Source: an uncultured Planctomycetota bacterium (lineage in GTDB: Bacteria; Planctomycetota; Planctomycetia; Isosphaerales; Isosphaeraceae). From it: DNA of 64,000 nt. Location: contig CAVTTN010000002.1 of NCBI GenBank assembly GCA_963737655.1, positions 1,632,001-1,696,000 of the forward strand. Direction: 5' to 3'. Under the pieces are notes generated by a model that was not told where the DNA came from, did not search any database, and saw nothing but the letters and a program-made list of their open reading frames with translations. This document shows positions 10,831-19,738 of the stretch, one piece after another. Each line of letters opens with the position of its first letter. The first letter of the stretch is position 1. The position numbers and the translations under genes were made by a program.

Positions 10831-10945
10831 GAATCCCGCGCAAGCAAGATGGGGGACGGGCTCCTCGTTTGCGAGGCGCTCCTCCCCGCCTTGCCCGGGA
10901 TTCTCGGGACCGACCGATTCGATCGCCCGAGCGGAGGAGACGGCC

Positions 10946-11308
10946 ATGCCGCCGCCCGGCCAGCGCGATTACTCCTCGAGCCGGCTGACCCGCCATGCCC
11001 TGGAACGGTTCGTGGAGCGGTTCGGAGGGGCGCCCGAGGAGGCCGAGGCGTCCCTCCGGTCGGCCCTGGGCCGGGCCCGCCGGCTCGGCCGGAACCCGGA
11101 GAACGGGGCGGTCGCGGCCCTGGCGGTCCACTCGGGTCGGATGCTCGTGGCGGTGCTCCAGGACGACGCCTGCCTGACCGTGCTGACCTGGCCCCAGTTC
11201 GAGCCCCGGATGCCCGAGTTCGGCCGGGCCCGGCTGCCCCGCAAGCGAGGCCGGCTGCTCCGAAGGCTCGTCGAGGGGCCCGAGTCCGGGTCGGCGGAGG
11301 GGGCCTGA
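10946..11308 (+). CDS. Hypothetical protein
   Basis: GGAGGA RBS before ATG; coding-like codon bias; LTRHALERFVER motif. Confidence 0.6.
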   Translation: MPPPGQRDYSSSRLTRHALERFVERFGGAPEEAEASLRSALGRARRLGRNPENGAVAALAVHSGRMLVAVLQDDACLTVLTWPQFEPRMPEFGRARLPRKRGRLLRRLVEGPESGSAEGA

Positions 11309-11600
11309 GCGCCTCTCCTCCCTCGCCGATCGGAAGTTCGGAGGAATTTTCCAAAAAATTCTTGTGTCAAGCGCGATTAAGCGTTATAGGAGAGATCCTC
11401 CCTTCGCCTCGACCCGTTCCAACTCGCGACCTCCCGGAGGCCCCGGACCCCGTCCGGGCCCTCGATCCGTCGCGCGGTTCGTGAGCGGAGTCCTCGAAGA
11501 GAGGCCAGCCGATCCGGCGGTCGCGAGGTCCGCGATCGGGATGCCGGCGGCGGTAGCCTGATGGGGACACGGACGTCTCCGGTCGTGAGGGAAAACGACC

Positions 11601-11852
11601 ATGAGGGATCGTCGCGTCCTCCTTGCGCTGCTGGCCTGCGTGTTCGCGGTCCCCCTGTGGATCGACCTGGCAACCTCGGCCGCTCGCTCGCCGGTCCGCG
11701 GATCGGCGAGGGCCGCCCGCCTGCCATCCGGGCTGACCCCCGGGGGCGGCTTCCACTCGATCCTGGTCCTTGGCCTGGCGGTGGCCGGGCGAGAGCGTCG
11801 CCGCCTCCACGCCTGGCTCGACGAACTCTCCTCGGGGACCGAGCCGGCCTGA
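11601..11852 (+). CDS. Small hypothetical membrane protein
   Basis: GAGGG RBS-like site, hydrophobic N-terminus. Confidence 0.4.
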   Translation: MRDRRVLLALLACVFAVPLWIDLATSAARSPVRGSARAARLPSGLTPGGGFHSILVLGLAVAGRERRRLHAWLDELSSGTEPA

Positions 11853-11983
11853 AGACCGGCCCGAGGCCCCGATCCGTTCGGTTGCGCCCGATTTCGTGCG
11901 ATTCCTCCCGGCCGGCTTCCCAAGGCGAGCTCGGCCGGGAGGGATCGGCGATCGGTCCTTAACAAAACTTGAGTGCGAGCGAT

Positions 11984-14022
11984 TTAGGCGTGGATCAGCA
12001 ATCCGACCTGCTCGGGCAATTGCTCGGCGACGGCCTGGATCACGTCCCCCTTCATGACCTTCCACAGGGCCCCTCGGCGGGTGGTGCCGAGCAGGAGCAG
12101 GTCGGCGCCGTGGGTCACGGCCATGTCGAGGATGGCGTCGGGGACGTCCGAGGAGACCGCGTAGAGCAGGCGAAGGGGGACGCCGGCCGTGCCGGCCTGG
12201 TTGCGGACGCGCTCGAACAGGGCGTTGGCGTCGAGGTCTTCGGCCAGGGTGGGGATGGCGGTGGGCCCCATCGGCGTGACGGCCAGCAGGCGGACGAAGA
12301 GGATCTGGAGCTCGGCCTGGCGGGTCAGGCATTCCTGCATGGCGAACTCGATCAGCCGGGGATTGCCCTGGGTCGGGACCATGATTCGGTACTTCGGCGA
12401 GTACGCGCCGGGCAGGAGCATCTTCGGCCGGGCCGGGGCCACCGGGGGGTGGGTGGCCTCGGAGTCCTGGAGGGCCTGACGGAGCGCCTGGGTCTTCAGG
12501 CTCGCCGTGGCCACGGCGCCGGCGACGGCCACCGAGCCCCAGAACCCCACGTCGGCCAGGGTGAAGATCCACCGGCGCCCCTCGGACAGCGAGAACCCGA
12601 CGATCTCCCCGTGGAAGGCGTTCAGGATCGCCAGGCCCAGGCCCGCCACCACCGAGCCGATCGCCAGGGCCAGGTAATTCCTCCTCGATCGGGACGGGAT
12701 CGGCACCGCCTTGTTGGAGACCGTCGTCGCCAATCGACCGGCCAGCCCGACGATCAGGACGACCATCGCGAACGCCCGGGCGTGCGGCTTCACCAGGGCG
12801 ATCGTGACCTCGATGGCGATCAGGACTCCCGTGAGCAGGAGCATGAGCGCACGCTCATGCCCCTTGATCGCCAGCTTGTGGTTGGTGGAGATCGACCCGA
12901 GGTTGATCGCGATCGCCCCGACCACCCCGATGGCATAGAGGTCCGCCAGGGCCTCGACCCTCGGGAACAGCAGGACGATCGCCGCCGGGACGATCGCCGC
13001 GACGACCAGGGGCAACTGCGGCATCCCGAACCGGTTCAGCCCGCCGAAGGCCCCGGGCAATTCCTTGTCTCGCGACAGCATGAACTGGACCGAGACCAGC
13101 GCCCCAGCGCCGTGTTCACCGCCGAGAGCAGGAGCAAGGCGAAGACGACCGAGGCGACCTCGGAGAAGTGCGGGATGGACGGGTCCACGAACCGATGGGC
13201 GATGACCTTGAGCATGTCGCCGGTGTGGGCGAGCTCGGCGCCGTCGGGCGTCCTCTGATTGAGGATCGAGTCGGGCAGGGCGTTCATCGCCGCGGCGAGG
13301 ATCAGGTTGAGGATCACGATCTCGACCAGGACCGGCAGGATCGTCCGTCGGGCCGTCTTCTCGACGGGCTGGACCATGATCCCGGTCATGTTCGCCACCG
13401 CCTCGACGCCCGACAGCGCCAGGACGATCTCGGTGAAGCCGATCCACGACTGCTTGACCCCCTTGCTCAGCGGAGAGGCCAGGTGGACCTCCGACGGGTT
13501 CAGGTGGGGCAGGCAGAACACGGCGACGATGAGCGTCAGCGCGATCGTCGCCAGGGCCACGAACATCGCCACCAGGCCCGACTTGCTCGGCCCGAAGATG
13601 TTCAGGCCGGCGATGGCCAGGATCGTCAGCGCCGTGGCCAGGGCATCGACCGGCACGCGGTTGAAGAGATAAATCTCCTTGATGCCCAGGTAGTGGAAGG
13701 CGTCCAGGCAGGACAGGGACGCCGTGACCACGTAGTCGGCACAGAGGAGCAGGACGCCGACGACGGCCAGGAGCTGCGAGCGTTGCCGGGCGGCCGAATA
13801 GACGCCCCCGCCGTCGGGGAAGAGGCGGCAGACGGTGGTGTAGCTCCAGCCCACGCCGATCATCAGCAGGCACATGGCCGCGACGAACCAGAACGAGGCG
13901 CGGCCGTTGAAGGCGAAGGCCAGGCCCAGGACGTAGAGTCGGCTCGTCCCCCAGTCCCCGAAGAGCATCGGCCCGGCGTGGTACCACTTCAGCTCGCGGG
14001 GACGTTCCCCGGTGGTCAGCAT
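11984..14022 (-). CDS. APC-family permease with C-terminal USP-like domain, paralog 2 (frameshift near 13105)
   Basis: FGDWGTSRLYV, PDGGGVYS, ALSGVEA motifs; C-terminal USP-like HGADLLLLGTTRRG; split over ORFs 13036-14022 and 11984-~13105. Confidence 0.88.
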
Positions 14023-14144
14023 GAGGCTCTCATCCGAAGGGGGGGACGAAAAGGCCGACGCTCCCGCCTGACCGGGCCACGCTCGGCGATCGACGAGCCA
14101 TTAACCCCGATCTCCCGGGGCGAGTCAAGCTGGGGGGCCTTGAC

Positions 14145-14311
14145 TGGGCAGTGGGCAGGAAGCAGTGGGCAGTGGGCAGTGGGCAGTGGGCAGGAAGCAG
14201 TGGGCAGTGGATGAGACATCATGGCCCATTCGGGCGACCGGCATTCTCGTTCGAACGTTCTTCTCTGCCCACTGCCCACTGCCCACTGCTTCCGGCCCAC
14301 TGCCCACTGCC
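14145..14311. repeat. (GGGCAGT)n heptamer tracts in inverted orientation
   Basis: TGGGCAG repeats ~14145-14209 and CTGCCCA repeats ~14265-14311 between the two permease genes. Confidence 0.9.
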
Positions 14312-14313
14312 TC

Positions 14314-16323
14314 TCACGCATGAATCAATAGGTCGATCCCCTCGGGCAATTGTTCGGCGACGGCCTGGATCACGTCCCCCTTCATGACCTTCCACAGCGA
14401 TCCCCGCCGGGTCGCGCCGAGGACCAGCAAGTTCGCGCCGTGGGTCACGGTCATGTCGAGGATGGCGTCGGGGACGTCGGCGGCCACCGCGTAAAGGAGC
14501 CGGATCGGCACGCCTTCCGCCTTGGCTCGCTCGCGGACGGTCTCGAACAGGGCGCGGGCCTGCTCGTCCTCGGCGAGGGTGGGGATGGTCGTCGGCCCCA
14601 TCGGCGTGAAGGCCAGCAAGCGGATGAACAGCAGTTGGAGCTCCGCCTGGCGGCTCTTGCACTCCTTGAACGCGAAGTTCAGGAGCCGCGGGCTGCCCTG
14701 GGTGGCGACCATCAGCCGTTCCTTCGGCGTGTAATTGCCGTGGATCATCATCAGGGGCTTCGCCGGGGCCGCGGGGGCCTCGGGATGGTCGGCCGCGATC
14801 ATGGCCTGGCGGTAATGCTGCGTCCGGGCGCTGAGGAGGCCCACCGCCACGGCCGTCGCGACCGACAGGGCGAACGACTCGATCGAGTTCTTCATCAGGG
14901 TGACGATCGCCAGCTCCGCCGCCAGCAGGCCCGAGGCCGAGCCGAGGAAGAAGGCCCTCTGGCCCCGGGTGATTGGCGCCGCCCGGCTCGCCACGACCGT
15001 GGCCACTCGCCCGGCCAGCCCCGCCACCAGGACGATCAGCGCGAACCCCCGGGCCTCGGGCTTGATCACGCAGATCGTCCCCTCGATGGCGATCATGATC
15101 GCCGTGAGGACCAGCATCAGCGCGCGCTCGCCCCCGCGGAGCGCCAGCTCGCGGTTGGTCGAGGTCGTCCCGAGGTTGATCGCGATCGCCCCGACCACGC
15201 CGATGGCGTACAGGCCCGACAGCGCCGTGACGTCCGGGAAGAGCAGGACCACGACGGCCGGCACGATCGCCCCGATCGCCAGCGGCAGGACCGGCATCCC
15301 GTAGCGGTTCAGGCCGTGGAAGGCCGCCGGCAGCTCCTTGTCTCGCGAGAGCATGAACTGGATCGACACCAGGTCCGCCAGCGCCGTGTTGACCGCCGAG
15401 AGCAGGAGCAGGGCGAAGACGACCGAGGCCACCGCGGCGAACTTCGCGCCGACGAAGTACTCGGCGATCACCTTGAGCATGTCGTCGGTGTGGGCGAGCT
15501 TGGACGGGTCGCTCGGGTTGGGCGTACTCAGGACCGACTCGGGCAGGGCGTTCATCGCCGCGGCGAGGATCAGGTTGAGGATCACGATCTCGATCAGGAC
15601 CGGCAGGATCGCCTTCCTCGCCGTCTTCTCGACCGGCTGGACCATGATCCCGGTCATGTTGGCGATCGCCTCGACGCCCGAGAGCGCCAGGACGATCTCG
15701 GTGAACCCGACCCAGGACTCCCAGCCGCTCCGGCCGTGGAACGGCGAGGTGATCTTCAACGGGTCGAGCCCGGAGATCGGCGCCACGCCGAGGAAGTGCA
15801 TCGCGGCGCGGGAGCCGATCACCAGCGTCAGGGCGATCGTGGCCAGGGCGATGAACATGGCGATCGTCCCGGTCTTGGCCGGGCCGAAGTAGTTCAACCC
15901 GCCGATGGCCAGGATCGTCACGGCGGCGAGGACCGCCTCGATCGGCAACGGCCCGATCTTCGTGCCGCCGAAGCCCAGGGCGGCTTCGAGATAGTGGAAG
16001 GCGTCCAGGCACGACAATGACGCCGTGACCACGTAATCCGCGCATAACAACAGGCCGCCGATCACGGCCAGGAGCTGCGACCGGTGGCGGGCCGACGAGT
16101 ACACCCCTCCGCCGTCGGGGAACAGCCGGCAGATGATCTCGTAGCTCCAGCCGACGCCGACGAGCAGGACGCTCATCAGGGCGATGAACCAGAACGACGC
16201 ATGGCCGTTGAAGGCGAAGGCCAGGCCCAGGACGTAGAGGCGGCTCGTCCCCCAGTCCCCGAAGAGCATCGGCCCGGCGTGATACCACTTCAGCTCGCGG
16301 GGGCGTTCCCCGGTGGTCAACAT
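14314..16323 (-). CDS. APC-family permease with C-terminal USP-like domain, paralog 1 (KimA/YdaO-like)
   Basis: Same motifs as paralog 2, with identical N-terminus MLTTGERPRELKWYHAGPMLFGDWGTSRLYV; lies downstream of a c-di-AMP riboswitch. Confidence 0.88.
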   Translation of the reverse strand: MLTTGERPRELKWYHAGPMLFGDWGTSRLYVLGLAFAFNGHASFWFIALMSVLLVGVGWSYEIICRLFPDGGGVYSSARHRSQLLAVIGGLLLCADYVVTASLSCLDAFHYLEAALGFGGTKIGPLPIEAVLAAVTILAIGGLNYFGPAKTGTIAMFIALATIALTLVIGSRAAMHFLGVAPISGLDPLKITSPFHGRSGWESWVGFTEIVLALSGVEAIANMTGIMVQPVEKTARKAILPVLIEIVILNLILAAAMNALPESVLSTPNPSDPSKLAHTDDMLKVIAEYFVGAKFAAVASVVFALLLLSAVNTALADLVSIQFMLSRDKELPAAFHGLNRYGMPVLPLAIGAIVPAVVVLLFPDVTALSGLYAIGVVGAIAINLGTTSTNRELALRGGERALMLVLTAIMIAIEGTICVIKPEARGFALIVLVAGLAGRVATVVASRAAPITRGQRAFFLGSASGLLAAELAIVTLMKNSIESFALSVATAVAVGLLSARTQHYRQAMIAADHPEAPAAPAKPLMMIHGNYTPKERLMVATQGSPRLLNFAFKECKSRQAELQLLFIRLLAFTPMGPTTIPTLAEDEQARALFETVRERAKAEGVPIRLLYAVAADVPDAILDMTVTHGANLLVLGATRRGSLWKVMKGDVIQAVAEQLPEGIDLLIHA

Positions 16324-16441
16324 CGTTTTGCGCGTTTCTTGGAAGCACGGTCCGCCAGGGGAAGGGACGGCCCCCTCGGGCTGGCGGACAGCCTCCCCGG
16401 GGGTCAAGCACGGGACGATCGGGGCCGGGGTTTGGCCGGGC

Positions 16442-16594
16442 TCAGGGACGGAGCTTCAGCCGCTCGGCCAGGACTCCGCAGACGAGGAACAGGTTGGCCG
16501 AGAGCCACTCGGAGAGGCCCATGAGCGCCAATGCCACCAGGTCGGCCGTCGCCAGAATGGCGACGCCCATCCAGTTCTTCGAGCGCGCGGTCAT
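16442..16594 (-). CDS. Small 50-aa hydrophobic protein (not in ORF track)
   Basis: Manual translation MTARSKNWMGVAILATADLVALALMGLSEWLSANLFLVCGVLAERLKLRP*; GGAG upstream; sits between riboswitch and permease. Confidence 0.5.
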   Translation of the reverse strand: MTARSKNWMGVAILATADLVALALMGLSEWLSANLFLVCGVLAERLKLRP

Positions 16595-16751
16595 GACGGG
16601 AGACTCCGCGAGCCGACCCGATCCGCCCGGGATGGACGGGGGGCCTCCGCCATCGCCCTTCGAACGGCGAGGCGGCTCACTCGGAGCTGTTGGAGGGGCC
16701 GGCCCACGCGGCCGGACGGCCGATCGATGGAGAATCGATCGGCGGAGTGCG

Positions 16752-16885
16752 ATCCCCTTCGGACGCCTACGAGGTTAGCTGACGGGCTCGGAGCCGAAAG
16801 GTTGCCCCGCCGCACCAAAAGGTACGGTTAGCCCCAAAGAGTGGGTCCCCCGCTCTCCTCTTCCGAGGAGACTCGGCGATATCAA
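16752..16885 (-). promoter_or_regulatory. c-di-AMP (ydaO/yuaA-class) riboswitch
   Basis: Minus strand ATCGCCGAGTCTCCTC..GAGGAGAGCGGGGGACCCACTCTTTGGGGCTAA...CCGAGCCCGTCAGCTAACCTCGTAGGC matches the class hallmarks (GGGGGACCC, TTTGGGG, CCCGTCAGCTAAC); upstream of YdaO-like permeases. Confidence 0.88.
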
Positions 16886-16971
16886 CAGCGTCCCAGAGTT
16901 CAGGCGCGGTCCATTTCACCGCCCCCGAGGACCTTCGTCAAGAGGGCCCCGATTCTTGAGGACCGGATCGA

Positions 16972-17643
16972 TCACGGACCCACCTCGGGAGGCGGACCGC
17001 CTTTCCAGCGATCGGCCTCGGCCAGCAGGCCGGACAGGCGGAGCTCGAACCCCGGGAGGATCTCGGTCCGATAGATTTCGCCCTCCGGGACGACCGTCTC
17101 CACCGGCCCGGTCGGGGTCGCCCGGACGACCGTGAGCGTGCGGAGGATGCGGTCGATGATCCAGTATTCCCGGACCCCGGCGGCCAGGTATTCGCGGCGC
17201 TTCTCGACGTCATCCCTCCGCCAGTTGCGCTTGCCGGGCGAGACGAACTCGACGACGATCGTCGGGACGTCCCGCTTCGGGTCCGGCATCCGGCCCAGGC
17301 CCGCCCAGATCACCCGATCGGCCCTCCGCCGCTTGTCCGGCAGGAAGACATAACGCTCCGGCAAGGTCGTGTCCAGGGCCGACCCGTTCGGATGAGTCTT
17401 CTTGTAAAGACGGAGATCGTACCCCAGCTCCTCATTCGGGTTTGACTCCTCCTCCGACGGGATCGGCGTGACGACGAGGACTCCTCGGATCAACTCATGG
17501 CGATAGTCAATATCGACGTCCTCGACCGTCAACGCATCGAATTCCTCGGCCGTCATCGTGAGTCCGGCGTCGGCGAAGCCAAGAACGCGGATCGGCGGCG
17601 GCTCGACCGCCTCGGTCGTCTCCGGCAGTTCGGCGAGGCTCAT
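16972..17643 (-). CDS. Uma2-family (PD-(D/E)XK-like, DUF820) protein, copy 2
   Basis: ELIRGVLVV, PTIVVEFVSPG, KRREYLAAGVREYWIID, LPGFEL. Confidence 0.9.
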   Translation of the reverse strand: MSLAELPETTEAVEPPPIRVLGFADAGLTMTAEEFDALTVEDVDIDYRHELIRGVLVVTPIPSEEESNPNEELGYDLRLYKKTHPNGSALDTTLPERYVFLPDKRRRADRVIWAGLGRMPDPKRDVPTIVVEFVSPGKRNWRRDDVEKRREYLAAGVREYWIIDRILRTLTVVRATPTGPVETVVPEGEIYRTEILPGFELRLSGLLAEADRWKGGPPPEVGP

Positions 17644-17688
17644 GGCAAGGGCTCCGATCGGGGAGGGGCCGTTCAGGCCGGGAACGGC

Positions 17689-18348
17689 TCAGGCGCCGGC
17701 GGGGTCGTCCTTCCAGCGATCGGCGCGGGCCAGGAGACGGGCCAGGGGGAGTTCGAAGCCTGGGAGGAGGTCGGTCCGATAGGTCTCGGACTCGGCCAGC
17801 ACTCGTTCGGCGATCCCCTCGGCCGAGGCCCGGATGACGGTCATCGTCCGGGCGAATCGATCGATAATCCAGTACTCGATCACCCCGGCGGCCAGGTATT
17901 CCCGCCGTTTCACGACGTAATCCCGCCTCCAGTTCCGCTGACCGCCCGAGACGAACTCGATCACGATCGTCGGCACGTCGCGCCTGGGATTCGGGCGGCG
18001 TCCCAGCCCGGCCCAGACGACCCGATCGGCCCTCCGACGGTTCTCGGTGTACACGTAACGCTCGGCGAGGGTGTCGTCCAGCGCGTTGCCCTGGGGATTC
18101 GTGTCCCGGTACGTGCGGAGGAGGTGCCCGAGCTCCTCGTTCGGGTCGCCTTCGGCCTCGGAGGGGATCGGGCTCACGACCAGGACTCCCTGGACCAGTT
18201 CATAACGGTAGTCGCGATCGACGTCCTCGTCGCTCAGGGCGTCGAATTCCTCGGCCGTCATCAAGAGTCCGGCGTCGGCGAACCCGAGGCCGCGGATCGG
18301 CGGCGGTTCGACCGCCTCGATCGTCTCCGGCAGTTCGGCGAGGCTCAT
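17689..18348 (-). CDS. Uma2-family protein, copy 1
   Basis: YELVQGVLVV, PTIVIEFVSGG, YLAAGVIEYWIID, LLPGFEL. Confidence 0.9.
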   Translation of the reverse strand: MSLAELPETIEAVEPPPIRGLGFADAGLLMTAEEFDALSDEDVDRDYRYELVQGVLVVSPIPSEAEGDPNEELGHLLRTYRDTNPQGNALDDTLAERYVYTENRRRADRVVWAGLGRRPNPRRDVPTIVIEFVSGGQRNWRRDYVVKRREYLAAGVIEYWIIDRFARTMTVIRASAEGIAERVLAESETYRTDLLPGFELPLARLLARADRWKDDPAGA

Positions 18349-18377
18349 GGCGAGGGCTCCGATCGCGGGTGGATCGT

Positions 18378-19424
18378 TCAGGCCGAGGCCGAGGCCGGGG
18401 CCGGGGAGAGCCTCCGGGCCACCTCGTCGGCGACGGCCGCCGTGAAGCTGTCGGTCGATTCCTGGCCGCCGAGGTCCTTCGTGCGAATCCCCCGGCGGAG
18501 CAGGTCGAGCGTGGCGTTCTTGACGGCCGTGGCCACGTCGATCTCGCCGATCTGGTAGAGCAGGAGCGTCAGGGCGAGGAAGATGGCGGTGGGATTGGCC
18601 AGGTTCTTGCCCGCGATGTCGGGCGCGGTGCCGTGGGCGGCGTCGAACATCGCCACGCGGACCACGGCCGACGCGTCGAACCCCAGGTTCGCGCTGGCGC
18701 CGATCCCGAGCGAACCGGCCAGGCCGCAGGCCATGTCCGAGAGGAAGTCGCCGTACTCGTTCAGGACCAGGACGACCTGGAACTTCTCCGGGGCCATGAT
18801 CACCTTGCCGAGCAGGGCGTCGAACAGCTCGACGTTGTGGCCGACCTCGGGGTACGACTCGGCCACCTCGTTGGCGACCCGTTCGAACAGGCCGTCGGTG
18901 GCCTTCTGGATCGTGTATTTCGAGGCGGTGGTCACGAGCTTGCCGGTCTTCCTCGCGAGGTTGAAGGCGTAGCGGGCGGCCTCCCGGACGGGCCTCCGCT
19001 CGACGATCCGCAAGCTCACGGCGCCGTCGTCGCCGATCATCCGTCCGGGGTCGTCATAGGTGCCTCCGGTGGCGATCCGGACGATGTCCAGGTCGAGCTC
19101 GCGGCGGAAGTTCGTGGGGACGCCGGGGATCGTCGTCACGGGCCGATGGATCACCGAGAGGTCCAGCCTCTTGCGCAAGACCTGGTTGGGGCTCTCCTCG
19201 GCGGTGGCGGTCGGGTACTTCAGCGCCACCTTGTTGCGGACGACCGACTCGACGGCCTGGTCGTAGATCGTCTTCTGGTGGGCCCGGCGGTTTTCCAGGG
19301 TGAGGTCCACCGGCTCGAAGTCCAGGCGGATCGGGAGGGCGTCGGCCAGCGAGTGGACCGCCCGGGAGAGCTCGGCACCGATGCCGTCGCCCAGCAATTC
19401 CGTGACCTTGTACGAGGGACGCAT
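18378..19424 (-). CDS. Isocitrate/isopropylmalate dehydrogenase family protein
   Basis: GDGIGAE, NEYGDFLSD, AHGTAPDIAGKNLANP, TKDLGG. Confidence 0.92.
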   Translation of the reverse strand: MRPSYKVTELLGDGIGAELSRAVHSLADALPIRLDFEPVDLTLENRRAHQKTIYDQAVESVVRNKVALKYPTATAEESPNQVLRKRLDLSVIHRPVTTIPGVPTNFRRELDLDIVRIATGGTYDDPGRMIGDDGAVSLRIVERRPVREAARYAFNLARKTGKLVTTASKYTIQKATDGLFERVANEVAESYPEVGHNVELFDALLGKVIMAPEKFQVVLVLNEYGDFLSDMACGLAGSLGIGASANLGFDASAVVRVAMFDAAHGTAPDIAGKNLANPTAIFLALTLLLYQIGEIDVATAVKNATLDLLRRGIRTKDLGGQESTDSFTAAVADEVARRLSPAPASASA

Positions 19425-19508
19425 CGTCGGGCGGGACCTCCGTTTACGCGGGCTCTCTCCGGGCCGAGAGGCGATTGTACGGGGATGGATGCAGGGGCGT
19501 CAAATTCG

Positions 19509-19595
19509 GGGCAGTGGGCAGTGGGCAGTGGGCAGTGGGCAGTGGGCAGTGGGTGGTTGGTGGTTGGTGGTTGGTGGTTGGTGGTTGGTGGTTGG
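19509..19595. repeat. Tandem heptamers (GGGCAGT)n followed by (GGTTGGT)n
   Basis: Directly visible. Confidence 0.9.
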
Positions 19596-19738
19596 AGAGT
19601 TGACGTCGTGGCTCGATCCGTGAAGATCCCGGGAGGACGGGCCTGGCGGGCGGATCGTCCGTGGTCGGTTGGCCCGATCGCCGGTACTCTGGGACCGACC
19701 GACCGGATCGATCGCCGTAGACCCTGGGATGTCCTTCC

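Noticed and set aside
9493..10947. N-terminal ~480 aa of the 1151-aa ORF
   Set aside because: Antisense to the ThuA gene and runs across a REP pair; sigma-factor similarity starts at about 9492
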